A stretch of DNA of 52,422 nt from a virus (taxonomy: Duplodnaviria > Caudoviricetes), in IMG/VR virus record IMGVR_UViG_3300025120_000076, positions 1 to 52,422 of that record. One strand, given 5' to 3'. Below are positions 27,928 through 37,910 of the stretch, in pieces. Positions within the stretch are counted from its first letter, which is position 1; each line of letters begins with the position of its first letter. The notes under the pieces are model-generated. The model worked only from the letters and a program-made list of their open reading frames with translations, made no database searches and had not been told where the DNA came from. The translations under genes and the position numbers were made by a program.

Positions 27928-29154
27928 TTAGTTAAACTTTTTTGTTTTGATTTTTAATTTTGTTGAGTCTAATCCACTAATCGATTTTACTTTTAATCCA
28001 TTTATAAAAACATTTCCGTCTGCAACTTGCCTTGGGCCGTCTTTGGAGGGATTTTTGGAAGTGTTGATAACGTTTTTAACGCCATCAGCTTTTCCTTGTT
28101 CATAAAAATGATGAGCAATTTTATCAGCATTCATTGCAGCATACATAGCTTTATGATACCCAGCTGGATCTACAATTTGTCCTTCATCATTAGAATATCT
28201 ACTAATAAAGTTCTGTACATCTATTTGAGTCTCACCAACTTTAACAGGATCTTTTACTCCATATCTAAATTTTTTATCTCCTACATTGAAATCAAAACCT
28301 TTGAATTCTGAAGAAAATAATTTTTTAGTATTGTCTCTAAAGTCACCGTGTAATCTAGTTGCAGTTTCTTGTTGCAATTTATATTGGTCATAAAAACTTA
28401 ACGCTTCTTGCTGCTCTTGAGTTACACCCGGTCTCAACTTGATCTCGTCGTAATATTTTTTCTTAGAGCTTTCTAAAAATTGTTTTGCTTTTGCAACCTC
28501 TTCTTTATAAGCAAGTTTTTTCTTTCGAATATCTCTTGCCTCGTCCACATCTTCGTCAAAGTTAAAATTATCTTCTAATAAAAAATTAATTTCATCTAAT
28601 TCTAAATGTGGTTTAGTTTTTTTGTAAAATTCATGGAGTAATTGAGCACTGTCTAATTTTTCATAATCTTTATTTAAAGTTACGTAATCTTCTACAGAGC
28701 CACCAGTTTCTTCCATGAATGAAACTAGTTTTTCAATATTTTCTGGTAAAGGTTTTCCAAGAATTTTTTCATCTCTTACAGCTTTTTTAACCTCTTGTTT
28801 TATTTCTTTTACCTCTTCTTCTGTTATTTCTTGGAGTGGGCTTTCTTGATTTTTATCATCTTCGCTGGACTGCTGTATTTGTTCGTCCACTTTAATGCTA
28901 TCTCCGGCTTGTTTGCCCACAGCCACTTCTGTTGTTTCTCCGATTTGAATGGCATCTTCTTCTTGTTTTAATGCTTCTTTAGGAACTTCAACCTTTACAA
29001 CATCTGGAACTACTTCTCCAGTTGCTTCTGGTTTAGTTAAATCAACTTTAGTTATTTTATCTACTTTTTTACCTAATTGTCTAGGTTTAGTTTTTTTAGC
29101 TTTTAAACTAAAATCACCTTCTTGCTTTACAGCTTCTTGTGTTTGTTCTGACAT
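27928..29154 (-). CDS. capsid scaffolding protein
   Basis: Acidic E/K-rich low-complexity N-half and a helical C-half (HFYEQGKAD), located between portal and capsid genes. Confidence 0.65.
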   Translation of the reverse strand: MSEQTQEAVKQEGDFSLKAKKTKPRQLGKKVDKITKVDLTKPEATGEVVPDVVKVEVPKEALKQEEDAIQIGETTEVAVGKQAGDSIKVDEQIQQSSEDDKNQESPLQEITEEEVKEIKQEVKKAVRDEKILGKPLPENIEKLVSFMEETGGSVEDYVTLNKDYEKLDSAQLLHEFYKKTKPHLELDEINFLLEDNFNFDEDVDEARDIRKKKLAYKEEVAKAKQFLESSKKKYYDEIKLRPGVTQEQQEALSFYDQYKLQQETATRLHGDFRDNTKKLFSSEFKGFDFNVGDKKFRYGVKDPVKVGETQIDVQNFISRYSNDEGQIVDPAGYHKAMYAAMNADKIAHHFYEQGKADGVKNVINTSKNPSKDGPRQVADGNVFINGLKVKSISGLDSTKLKIKTKKFN

Positions 29155-29185
29155 AATATAATATAATTTAGTGTTTACTTAAAAA

Positions 29186-31561
29186 TTAAATAAGAGATTG
29201 TTGCTGTTCAAAATCAATAGGCAATAAATCATTTTGTCTTTGATCTATCATTTGACTTTGTTGACTACCTTCCATTTTAATTCTTTTATCTTTACGATTT
29301 TCAATTTCTTGTTCTTTAACCGTACGTTTATTAATATCTAATTCAGCTAGTTGTCTATCGTATTCAAACTGCTGAGACATTAAATGTTTTTTACCTTCTA
29401 ATTCAACCTGCATTCTCTGTATTTCAAATTGAGATTTAGCATTTTCTAGATTAACCTTTTGCTCTGTTATTGCTTGTTGTTTTTGAACTTCAGCTAAAGC
29501 AGCTTGTTCATTTTGTTGAGCATTGGCCTGCGCTTGCGCTTGTATGTTAGCCCTAGCATTATTTGCTTCTCTAGCTAATTTTTGTTTACGCTTTTGTTTT
29601 AATAATTGATTTGCTAATTTAAGATTTTTTATTTGCCTAACATCTATAGCATCTTCTAAATCTATACCTCCTGACTGTAAAGCTACTTGTATGTTTTGTT
29701 CTAGCTGAGCTTTAGCTTCATCATCTGGTTCTAATTCTAAAAATATTCCAAAATCATGTAGGTTTAAATAACTAACTTCTTTTAAAGTTTCAACATTATA
29801 CAATGATATACTTTCTATTAAACTATTTGCTGTTAGTGGAAAATCTAAAACATCTGCTAACTTTAAAGATATGTTTTCACATACACGTAAAGCTAAATAT
29901 AAACTAGCGTTATTTATGTGTTTAGTAGCTATGTTTGATTGATTAGCCGCCATTTTAGCTAAACCTACTAAAGCATCTTTATCAGGCAAGCTACCATCTC
30001 TAGCTTCATTTAATCCGGTCACATCTCTTATCATTTGTAAATAATATTGATAAGTTTGTATTAAAGCTCCTAGCTTAGCTCCTGACGCTGATGTTTGTAG
30101 TTCTTGAATAGGGATTCTTCCTCTATTAGGATCACCTTCTTGTGTCAACGATCTACCAACAATACTACCTGTTTGAAAATACATGTTTAATGCTTCGGCT
30201 GGATTATAGTTTGTGCCATTACCAAGATCAACTTCTGCTAATCCGTCCATGTCTAAAAATACTCCATCAGGTACCATGCGTGATAATACTTGTTGCATTT
30301 TTAAATGCGTAATTTGTATCATATCAGCAAAACCAGTACATCTACTGACTATAGATTCTATTCTTCCTTTGTACATTCTTGGCGCTACAATAGTATAGTT
30401 CATTTCAACTTTGGTAGTATCAGCATATGGCCTAGTCATGTTTTCAGCTAACTCCCATTTTAAAATTGTATTAGTTCCTAAAACTTTAGCGCCACTATAT
30501 AAAACTTCTATACTTCTTCCTACCTTATCGTAGGTGTCTGATGGTGGAGGATTAAACTCATCAGTTTTTTGAATTATTTTTTCTAATCCATTTTCTGTTT
30601 TCTTTAACTTAAATACTTGGTTCATGTAAGTTTTATATTCAAAATATAATACTTGAACTGTATTGTTATCATAATTTCCCCAACCAGTTATATATTGTCT
30701 GTTACCTGGCATTTCCTGTATTCTCTGTAATTCTTCATTAGAAATATCTGGAAATTGCTTTTTAAGCTCAGGTATAGTTATTGATTTAACTTCTCCAACA
30801 TAATATATATCTTCAAAGTTAGGATCTTCTGTATAAGAATATATTAAATAAGCTGGATCTACATAATCTAATGTTATGCCATTTGCTTTATTAAAGTTAG
30901 TTTTGGCACAAGCTATTCCACATACTACTAAATCATGATTTAATCTTCTTTTAGTTAATTCCCATTTGTTTTGAGATAACGTTTGAGATATAGCTTCCTC
31001 TTCAGCTATTTCAACAGCTTGCTTATATGATAATTGCATGTGAAGCTCTAAGTCTTCTTTTGTTTTAGGTAACTCATCTTGCGGAACATTAGACTGAGAC
31101 ATATTTATACCTAATTGTTGTTGAGCTTTTTGTATTTGAGCTGAGGCAAACATATCTCTAGCCACATTAGTAGCGTATTGAGTTCTTTCTTTTACTGACT
31201 CAGGATCTTGAGAATACGCTTTAATATCATACTCTTTACTTGAAATACCATTAACTACTATATCAACAAATTTTGATAATATAGGGACAGGTTTCCAGTC
31301 TAAGTTTAAATAGCTTAAGTCACCATTAATAGATAATTCATCTTTATATTTTTGAACAGGTTGTTCTCCTCTAGCGTATAAACGTAGATGATGATAATTA
31401 TTCCAGCTTGTTAAATATCGGTTACCGTTAGTTCTACCTTGATTAAACCATTCTGTCTCAATAGCTGATGCTACTTGTGAACCATATTCCCAGGAAGCTT
31501 TTTCTGCATCCGGTACTACCTGACTCGGAAAAGCGCTATTAGAGTTTGTGTATAAATTCAT
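29186..31561 (-). CDS. portal protein
   Basis: 791 aa directly after the terminase. Motifs PILSKFVDIV and IRDVTGLNEARDG, with a Q-rich C-terminal coiled-coil barrel as in podoviral portals. Confidence 0.8.
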   Translation of the reverse strand: MNLYTNSNSAFPSQVVPDAEKASWEYGSQVASAIETEWFNQGRTNGNRYLTSWNNYHHLRLYARGEQPVQKYKDELSINGDLSYLNLDWKPVPILSKFVDIVVNGISSKEYDIKAYSQDPESVKERTQYATNVARDMFASAQIQKAQQQLGINMSQSNVPQDELPKTKEDLELHMQLSYKQAVEIAEEEAISQTLSQNKWELTKRRLNHDLVVCGIACAKTNFNKANGITLDYVDPAYLIYSYTEDPNFEDIYYVGEVKSITIPELKKQFPDISNEELQRIQEMPGNRQYITGWGNYDNNTVQVLYFEYKTYMNQVFKLKKTENGLEKIIQKTDEFNPPPSDTYDKVGRSIEVLYSGAKVLGTNTILKWELAENMTRPYADTTKVEMNYTIVAPRMYKGRIESIVSRCTGFADMIQITHLKMQQVLSRMVPDGVFLDMDGLAEVDLGNGTNYNPAEALNMYFQTGSIVGRSLTQEGDPNRGRIPIQELQTSASGAKLGALIQTYQYYLQMIRDVTGLNEARDGSLPDKDALVGLAKMAANQSNIATKHINNASLYLALRVCENISLKLADVLDFPLTANSLIESISLYNVETLKEVSYLNLHDFGIFLELEPDDEAKAQLEQNIQVALQSGGIDLEDAIDVRQIKNLKLANQLLKQKRKQKLAREANNARANIQAQAQANAQQNEQAALAEVQKQQAITEQKVNLENAKSQFEIQRMQVELEGKKHLMSQQFEYDRQLAELDINKRTVKEQEIENRKDKRIKMEGSQQSQMIDQRQNDLLPIDFEQQQSLI

Positions 31562-33769
31562 TTATTCAATTATTTTTGACAATGTACCTTTATTGTTATA
31601 TTTTTTTATTCCTATATCAAAAACTTGTCTTGTAGTTTTAGCTATGGGTCTATATTTGTTTTTATTGCAAGCCATTATAGCTAAGCCAGAACTAATAGAA
31701 GCATCATGACTTGTTCTGTTATTTATGTTAAATTTAGCCCAATCTTCTAATGTTCTTTGAAGATACATTTGACCATACTCTCCATTACTTTTTATTCCAA
31801 TAAAATCTTCAATATAAGATTCTATAGCGGCAGCGTGAGCTTGTTTAATATCTTCACTTGAATTAGGTATTCCACCTATTTCTCTTTCAGTTACAGATAG
31901 TTTTATTTTATCCGGCCGGTTCATTGCAAAACCTCTATAGCCTCTTCTTTTAAAATGATATAATAATCTTGGCTTATTATTTTCAGCTAATATAGGCATG
32001 CTATAAAAAATACAAGCCATTAAAACATCTTCAAAAAATATTTCAGCAGTTTGTGGTCTAGCTATATATTCTAAGAAAAAATGATTTGCTGGCGCATTTT
32101 CCATGCTAAACTTTGTTAGCCCGTGTAGAGAACCTTTTGATCCTCTTTTATCTACTGTTCCTGATATATCATAACTATCACACCCGAAAGCACCTATATG
32201 TTCATTAGCAGGATATTTTAATCCTCTTTTTATTACAATATTATTTTGTAGGTTAAGAGGTGGTGTCCAGGTGATAAAAAATCTTCCTTTGTTATGAGGA
32301 ACAAATATAACTTTAGTATCTTTTATTCCGTTTTCCCAATGAAAATTTCCTTGTGTAACTAAATTACTATTTCTTAAATCTCCGTTCCAGTCTATTTGCT
32401 CGTATATTTTTGTTAAATTAAAAAGAGAGGCTTTTGCCTCATCTCTAAAAGCATGTTCTTCAGTTCTTGGAAATTGTCTATAAAATTCATTTAATGCATC
32501 TTGATCTGTTTTTAAACCATCAACTTCATTTTGCCAATAGTCTATAACACCTAATTTTATCTGCGTGCCATGAGCATCTGTTGTTTTTTTATTTGGAGTG
32601 TCGAATACAGGTACTCCATGAGAATCAATGTATCCCTCGTAGTTCCATTCCATAGGTATGAACAAACTATATAATCCCGAGCGAGTCTGTCCGTTGGCGT
32701 TTCTATTTGTGACATCTGAATCATAATATAATTTTTTAAAATTATCACCTCCTTTATCTAATGAATTTGAGGTTGATCCCATCATACACTTTCCAATTAT
32801 TCTACTACCTAATCTAAGTGTAGTTTTTGTAACCCTCCAGTTATTTTGAATATTATTAGGTCTTTCCCATTTACCACTTTCATCGTGTACTAAAAGCTTA
32901 AGTTTTTCTCCATCATAAGAGTTGTCGCCTGTATTTTTCCAATCGATTGTTGTGTCAAGTCCTTCAAGCTCAGCTGCTGTTTCATTAGAGTCGAGCTTTC
33001 TACGGGTAAATTTAGATGCTGGTACTCTGTAAGCAAGCTCAGTCTTGGGGCGATCCATACCGTCTTGTATTGGTTTGAAAAAAAACGGGTAGTTAACTGA
33101 TATTGGTACGACCTTATCGGTAAACATTGTTTTTGCATCTGGTCCAGATTTTGATAATATACCATATCTTGAGTCTGAATTAATGGTTGCGAGATTAACA
33201 ACCTCTCCTGAGGCCATAAATGAAAATCCTGATCTACGGTTTTTAAGGTAGCACATTCCATAGCTTCTGTAGTCTGCTTTGCAAGCTTCCCAGAAAATAT
33301 AGAATAATCTATTTGCTTCTCTAAAATCTGGTTTCCCAACATCAATCTTGGACCACTGCAAGTACATATAGTGAGTACCAGTAATGTAAGTAGCCACGTT
33401 TTTATTATAGAACCAAAAACCTTGTTCTCTTCGAAGAAATTCTTTATCAATGTAATCATACCAGTGTTCTTTAAAGTCAACCGGATATTTCTCCCAATCA
33501 AATCTCGTTTTTATTTTTTTTAATTCTTCAGGTATAATAGATCTATGCCATGCATTTTTTTCAAACTTAACTACATTATCTTTTTTTGGCAGAGCTATTT
33601 TTAGATTTTGTATTTCGTATATTTCACCTATCTCACCTGTTCTACTAATTATAATTATATCATATTTATCATTATAACCGTACTCCCACTTTTTATTTCT
33701 ATTGTTTCTTTTTAATATATTAGAATCAATGTAATTTTCTAAAACTTTATATAAGTTTTGCTTATACAT
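31562..33769 (-). CDS. terminase large subunit
   Basis: Walker A-like LKNRRSGFS, Walker B LLVHDESGK, coupling motif GSTSN, nuclease AFGCDSYD and C-terminal HDASISSG. Confidence 0.88.
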   Translation of the reverse strand: MYKQNLYKVLENYIDSNILKRNNRNKKWEYGYNDKYDIIIISRTGEIGEIYEIQNLKIALPKKDNVVKFEKNAWHRSIIPEELKKIKTRFDWEKYPVDFKEHWYDYIDKEFLRREQGFWFYNKNVATYITGTHYMYLQWSKIDVGKPDFREANRLFYIFWEACKADYRSYGMCYLKNRRSGFSFMASGEVVNLATINSDSRYGILSKSGPDAKTMFTDKVVPISVNYPFFFKPIQDGMDRPKTELAYRVPASKFTRRKLDSNETAAELEGLDTTIDWKNTGDNSYDGEKLKLLVHDESGKWERPNNIQNNWRVTKTTLRLGSRIIGKCMMGSTSNSLDKGGDNFKKLYYDSDVTNRNANGQTRSGLYSLFIPMEWNYEGYIDSHGVPVFDTPNKKTTDAHGTQIKLGVIDYWQNEVDGLKTDQDALNEFYRQFPRTEEHAFRDEAKASLFNLTKIYEQIDWNGDLRNSNLVTQGNFHWENGIKDTKVIFVPHNKGRFFITWTPPLNLQNNIVIKRGLKYPANEHIGAFGCDSYDISGTVDKRGSKGSLHGLTKFSMENAPANHFFLEYIARPQTAEIFFEDVLMACIFYSMPILAENNKPRLLYHFKRRGYRGFAMNRPDKIKLSVTEREIGGIPNSSEDIKQAHAAAIESYIEDFIGIKSNGEYGQMYLQRTLEDWAKFNINNRTSHDASISSGLAIMACNKNKYRPIAKTTRQVFDIGIKKYNNKGTLSKIIE

Positions 33770-34041
33770 TATTTAGATCTTGTTTCTGCAAAACCTTTAA
33801 AACTTTTTTCTTTTGTTTCTTTTGGTTTTTCATTTATAATATTTTCTTCCTCTTGTATTTTTTGTAAAATTTCAAAGGCATCAAATATAGCTAATTTTTT
33901 TGTTGCAGCTGCGTTTTTTAATCTATCCGCTGATATATCTTCTGCTGTATCTACAATAGGTTCTTTAGCCACCTTTATTAATTCCTCAACTGCTATTTGC
34001 CCAGCTTGGATTATATTCTTCTTGGTTTTCTTTATTTCCAT
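33769..34041 (-). CDS. small helical protein, candidate terminase small subunit
   Basis: 90 aa, translationally coupled to the terminase large gene. The call rests on position only. Confidence 0.4.
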   Translation of the reverse strand: MEIKKTKKNIIQAGQIAVEELIKVAKEPIVDTAEDISADRLKNAAATKKLAIFDAFEILQKIQEEENIINEKPKETKEKSFKGFAETRSK

Positions 34042-34591
34042 ATTTAATTACAATATCATTAGATTTCATACAGTATAATCTTTCATCGTTTATAATAAAA
34101 TCATACTCTCCATAAGGTGTGTATCCTACAACGTCTCCCTCACTCACACCCGCAGCTTCTAAGAAGCTATTACCTATTTTTAATACACCAATAAGCTTTT
34201 GTTCTTTATTTATATTAAAATCATTTTTTGATTTTAAAGGTTTTACAAAACATCTATTGTTTATTGACTTAAAATCTTCTTTATTTTTATATAAATATAT
34301 TTGATCTAAAGAACAGAAATATAAATCTTCTTTAAACCAAGATCTACTTTTTTTCTTATTACCTCTTATATCATAAAAAGTTCTAAATACATTATGATGT
34401 ATAACTATAATATCACCAACTTTAATTGGGGTGTTGTATGCTATAGGTGTTTTAACTACAACAGCTAGATTATTAACAAATTTAAAATTTTCTATTTTAG
34501 TATTTAAAATTAATTTTATCCCACCTATTGTTATATCATTAGAATACTCTTTACCTAAAGGTTTTACAACAAAATCATATATTGACCTCAT
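33986..34591 (-). CDS. GroES-like (tandem Cpn10-fold) protein
   Basis: Two halves, each with a VKP...(K/E)xGD[IV][IV] pattern. The second ends LYCMKSNDIV, which resembles the GroES C-terminus. Confidence 0.5.
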   Translation of the reverse strand: MRSIYDFVVKPLGKEYSNDITIGGIKLILNTKIENFKFVNNLAVVVKTPIAYNTPIKVGDIIVIHHNVFRTFYDIRGNKKKSRSWFKEDLYFCSLDQIYLYKNKEDFKSINNRCFVKPLKSKNDFNINKEQKLIGVLKIGNSFLEAAGVSEGDVVGYTPYGEYDFIINDERLYCMKSNDIVIKYGNKENQEEYNPSWANSS

Positions 34592-34830
34592 TAATATTCT
34601 AAATCATATTCAACTGATATTGCCATGTTAGAGTTAAATTTCTTCCACGGCAATACTTCATTGTTTTTCTTTATGTGTATATTATAAGAATTATCAGACT
34701 CTTCAAAAAGTATATGAGATATTTCATGTCCTCCATAAACCTGTTGTCCTATGGAATAATGCATCGCATCGTTTTTGTAATCAGAGCCAATGCTAATTTT
34801 TCTAATATTACTTGGCATCTTCTTTTTCAA
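34591..34830 (-). CDS. hypothetical protein
   Basis: ORF containing IRKISIGSDYKNDAMHY..., coupled to its neighbours. True start is probably at the internal Met. Confidence 0.7.
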   Translation of the reverse strand: MKKKMPSNIRKISIGSDYKNDAMHYSIGQQVYGGHEISHILFEESDNSYNIHIKKNNEVLPWKKFNSNMAISVEYDLEY

Positions 34831-35059
34831 TTTTAGAATAAACCCCGTCTTCTAGACTTATATTAACTTGACCATATTTTTCTTCAAGTTCTTTTTTTAG
34901 CTCTTCTAAAGTATCAGCTTCTTGTTTAGCTAGTTTAATTAAATTTGTTTTTTGAAGTTCTCTAAAACCTAGTTCACTTAATAAACCTTGGTATTTTATA
35001 TTTGCTTCTTTAACACTTTTTAATTCTTCTTCTGTTATTTTATTAACTTTTTTTGACAT
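34808..35059 (-). CDS. small coiled-coil protein
   Basis: E/K/L heptads and C-terminal LEEKYGQVNISLEDG. Confidence 0.7.
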   Translation of the reverse strand: MSKKVNKITEEELKSVKEANIKYQGLLSELGFRELQKTNLIKLAKQEADTLEELKKELEEKYGQVNISLEDGVYSKIEKEDAK

Positions 35060-35087
35060 TTGATTTAATTTAATTAATTAATTGTTT

Positions 35088-35492
35088 CTACTTATTACTA
35101 TTATTACTTATTTTTTTACCTTTTTCCCATGATCTTCCTACAAAGTAAGCTCCATAAACGGTTACTAATAATGTTTGAAATATTGGTATGTATTCTTCTG
35201 CTATTTTAAACTCACCTATGTTACCATCAAAAAACGCACAAACAGTAAATATAACAGTTAAGTATATTAACACCATAGGGCGTATGTTCTTTGACAAAAC
35301 AGAATCAGACTTCATGTCTGACTCCCATCTTGATGTAACTTGCTCTTGTGCTTCGCTGTCGGCTTTTTCTAATATTTGTGTTATTAATCTTTGAGCTTCT
35401 AGCTTTTCTTCTTTAGTAGTAGTTAAACTGTCTATGACTTGACCAACTTCTTTAATAACATTGCCAGTGAGCCATTCCCAAAGTTTTTTCAT
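35088..35492 (-). CDS. holin-like membrane protein (GTA-type 3TM holin family)
   Basis: Motif RWESDMKSDS.LSKNIRP followed by two TM segments and YFVGRSWEK. Confidence 0.7.
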   Translation of the reverse strand: MKKLWEWLTGNVIKEVGQVIDSLTTTKEEKLEAQRLITQILEKADSEAQEQVTSRWESDMKSDSVLSKNIRPMVLIYLTVIFTVCAFFDGNIGEFKIAEEYIPIFQTLLVTVYGAYFVGRSWEKGKKISNNSNK

Positions 35493-35495
35493 AAT

Positions 35496-36092
35496 TTAAT
35501 TGTTTACTGCACAACCACAAGAATTACCGCCACGTTTACTACCACCGCTTTTAGTTCTAGGTCCCATAGATAAACTAGGCTTTCCAATTTTTATAGATTT
35601 TCTACCTTTACCTGGCACCTTAAATCCTGGAGGCAATTGCTTTTCTTTTTTCGCTGGTGGTGGTGGTGGTGGTGGATTTGGAACAAATGTTAAATTTGAT
35701 CTTTTTTTCTCACCATAATTTTTAGGAATTGCTGGTGTTTTCTTTCCTTTAATTTTTGTTTCATACTTTTTAGGATTGTCTTTAATCCATTGTTTCTGCT
35801 TTGCTCTTTCTTCAGGATCTTTACTAAAAGGGACTTTCTTAGGAGGTGTTGTTTTTCCAGGTTTTCCAGGAATCTCAAAGTCAGTTTGATAATTTGTTTT
35901 TGTGTATGTACCTTTTACACCATCTTTTGAACCTTTGTAGGTTTCACTACCAGTTTGTCTTTCTACATCACAAGGAGGATTACCTGGAGTTCCACAAGGA
36001 CCAGCGTTAATAGGACTCATAACTCTAGAAATGCCACCAAAAGGAGTTCTGTTTTGTTTTTGGGATTTAGATCCCATACTCATTCTAAACAT
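35496..36092 (-). CDS. basic, Pro/Lys-rich protein carrying the GISRVMSPIN linker
   Basis: Low complexity with a poly-Pro run. Shares G[IV]SRVMSP with ORF 39019..39792. Confidence 0.7.
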   Translation of the reverse strand: MFRMSMGSKSQKQNRTPFGGISRVMSPINAGPCGTPGNPPCDVERQTGSETYKGSKDGVKGTYTKTNYQTDFEIPGKPGKTTPPKKVPFSKDPEERAKQKQWIKDNPKKYETKIKGKKTPAIPKNYGEKKRSNLTFVPNPPPPPPPAKKEKQLPPGFKVPGKGRKSIKIGKPSLSMGPRTKSGGSKRGGNSCGCAVNN

Positions 36093-36097
36093 AATAT

Positions 36098-36811
36098 TTA
36101 TTTTTTATTTTTATTAGCAGCGTATTCTTTTCTTCTTTTAACAAGGTCTGCAACAGCTTGAGATTTTTTAGTTTGTTGCTCAGCTTTTTTACTTGCCCTC
36201 GACTTCTTGTATGTTTCTCTTCTCTTATCTAAATCAGCTTTGTTTTGAGCTTTTTTGGCTGCATTGGCTTTTCTTTTATTATCTGTTTTTATAGATCCAT
36301 AAGCTGTTTTTGTTTGCGTAGTTCCAGAAGATACTTTACCATCAACTATGTTAACTGAGCCAGTCTTTTTTAATTGTCTACGAACATCTTTTTCTTTTAC
36401 GTTTGGATATTGTTTACTAGTAAAAGCATCAATTGAACCTGCACCACCTCCTCGCGTACCTGTTTTTACTTCAAGTAAATTTCTTCCACCTACTTTAACT
36501 TTACCGCCGCTGCCGCCTCTCATGTACCCTTGAGTATTTAAAGCATCACCATCAGCATCTCTAGTGTTAGCGGCTTTAGTTAAATCTGCTGCTAATTTAT
36601 TTCTAGATTTTCTATTTTGTCTTTTAGTCCCTGGTTTAACAGCTACTTGTCTAGTATATCTATCCTTTTCTCCATCATGCTCATGATCAAAATCCATGTC
36701 ATGATTTAATGGTGAAGAGCCTAATCTAAACAAAGAAGATTGACCCGCGACTTGCTTTGTCTTGTTGTAACCCGAAGTTCGTGACGGGCCAAAATTTTGT
36801 TTATATGCCAT
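36098..36811 (-). CDS. basic protein with MAYKQNFGP leader
   Basis: First 11 residues are identical to ORF 39019..39792. Contains SSPLN and is K/R-rich. Confidence 0.75.
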   Translation of the reverse strand: MAYKQNFGPSRTSGYNKTKQVAGQSSLFRLGSSPLNHDMDFDHEHDGEKDRYTRQVAVKPGTKRQNRKSRNKLAADLTKAANTRDADGDALNTQGYMRGGSGGKVKVGGRNLLEVKTGTRGGGAGSIDAFTSKQYPNVKEKDVRRQLKKTGSVNIVDGKVSSGTTQTKTAYGSIKTDNKRKANAAKKAQNKADLDKRRETYKKSRASKKAEQQTKKSQAVADLVKRRKEYAANKNKK

Positions 36812-36814
36812 GTT

Positions 36815-37411
36815 TTATTTTTTTTTATCCATACCCGGATCAGATTTGTAAGCTCTTTTTCCTTTACTTTTTTCCATACCTTTAGACTCATCTCTACGAT
36901 CTTTCATAGATTGTTTCTTGCTAGATTCTTTACCATCTTTAGCTAAACTTTCGTCAAGTTTATCATTGTATCCTTGTCTTGACATTCCTTTTTCCGCCAT
37001 ACTAGCATGTGCTGCTTTTCTTTGGTCGTCACTTTTATATCTTGACATTCCGTCTTTGCCTTGAGATTTTTTTATTGCAGCATCTTTTTTAGCCATGTAT
37101 TCTTCAGTAGAATGCTCAGACGTATGTCTTGACATTCCGCCGTCTATACCGTCTAATGCAGCTTGTCCTTTAGTTTTTCTAGACATTCCTTCTGAACCTT
37201 GTATGCCTTTTAATTTTTCAGCAGGTACTCCATATGAATAACCATCCATACCTTTTTGTCCGTTCATAGCACCTGACATTCCTTTCAGGTATTGAACAGA
37301 ATTATCTAATGGAGACATCGCTGTGTCTGCTCCACTCATGATTCTTGAAATCATGTCTTTTCCGTGTTTTGAACCTTTTCTGTTTGGTCCAAATTTTTGA
37401 TTATATGCCAT
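36815..37411 (-). CDS. basic modular protein with MAYNQKFGP leader and four GMSR repeats
   Basis: MSPLD followed by four GMSR motifs separating short modules. Confidence 0.75.
   Translation of the reverse strand: MAYNQKFGPNRKGSKHGKDMISRIMSGADTAMSPLDNSVQYLKGMSGAMNGQKGMDGYSYGVPAEKLKGIQGSEGMSRKTKGQAALDGIDGGMSRHTSEHSTEEYMAKKDAAIKKSQGKDGMSRYKSDDQRKAAHASMAEKGMSRQGYNDKLDESLAKDGKESSKKQSMKDRRDESKGMEKSKGKRAYKSDPGMDKKK
36977..37189 (-). repeat. four 12-bp repeats encoding GMSR
   Basis: TCTTGACATTCC at 36977, 37040 and 37127, and TCTAGACATTCC at 37178 (plus-strand text). Confidence 0.85.
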
Positions 37412-37416
37412 TTTTT

Positions 37417-37746
37417 TTAATATTTTTCGTAGTTATCTGTTTTACTATATGCTTCTTTTTCCCATGGTAAATTAGGATTACCCTCATTCATTTTTGAACG
37501 AGAATATGTTTTTCCTTTCCAATAGACGTTTTTATTATCATAATCTAGATCACCTCTTTTTATTTGATCTATATGAACTTCTTCATGATCAATTATACTT
37601 TGAGTTTGCTCTGAATCTTTAGTTATATCCTCGGAAATTAATATAGTACCGTTTTTATTGCCTTTACCTAAAATACCTTCTGGTAATTCTCTTTCATACA
37701 CAGGAGTGTTAAATAAAGGAAATGGTGAACTCATTTTAAATGCCAT
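37417..37746 (-). CDS. small zincin-like metallopeptidase with MAFKMSSPF leader
   Basis: IIDHEEVHIDQ (HExxH) preceded by G.I.I strands, with downstream LPWEKEAY providing a probable third ligand Glu. Confidence 0.7.
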   Translation of the reverse strand: MAFKMSSPFPLFNTPVYERELPEGILGKGNKNGTILISEDITKDSEQTQSIIDHEEVHIDQIKRGDLDYDNKNVYWKGKTYSRSKMNEGNPNLPWEKEAYSKTDNYEKY

Positions 37747-37747
37747 A

Positions 37748-37903
37748 TTAGTTTTTATAAGGAAACATTTTATTCAATGTTGTTTGTCGTTTTTTACAAC
37801 CACAGGGGACGTTAAGTCCGCTAGATATTCTATCTACAACGGACTTAATTCCTGTTCTTTGTGTAAACTTAGCAACATCGTCGCCTAATCCCCTAGACTT
37901 CAT
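37748..37903 (-). CDS. small protein (51 aa) with GLGD...CGC..R...LN..FP pattern
   Basis: Read by hand: MKSRGLGDDVAKFTQRTGIKSVVDRISSGLNVPCGCKKRQTTLNKMFPYKN. It exactly fills the gap between neighbours. Confidence 0.7.
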   Translation of the reverse strand: MKSRGLGDDVAKFTQRTGIKSVVDRISSGLNVPCGCKKRQTTLNKMFPYKN

Positions 37904-37910
37904 CTAAATA

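Noticed and set aside
32890-33501. 203-aa same-strand alternative-frame ORF inside the terminase gene (similarly 4246..4725 inside nrdA)
   Set aside because: Fully nested in a conserved gene, with no recognisable motif and out-of-frame-type composition.
958-33769. Inteins/introns or stop-codon reassignment in nrdA, nrdB or terminase
   Set aside because: The genes are uninterrupted and of plausible length, and coding density is near complete under the standard code.
35655-35675. (GGT)n microsatellite as a phase-variation tract
   Set aside because: It is a triplet repeat that simply encodes a poly-proline run, so slippage would not shift the frame.
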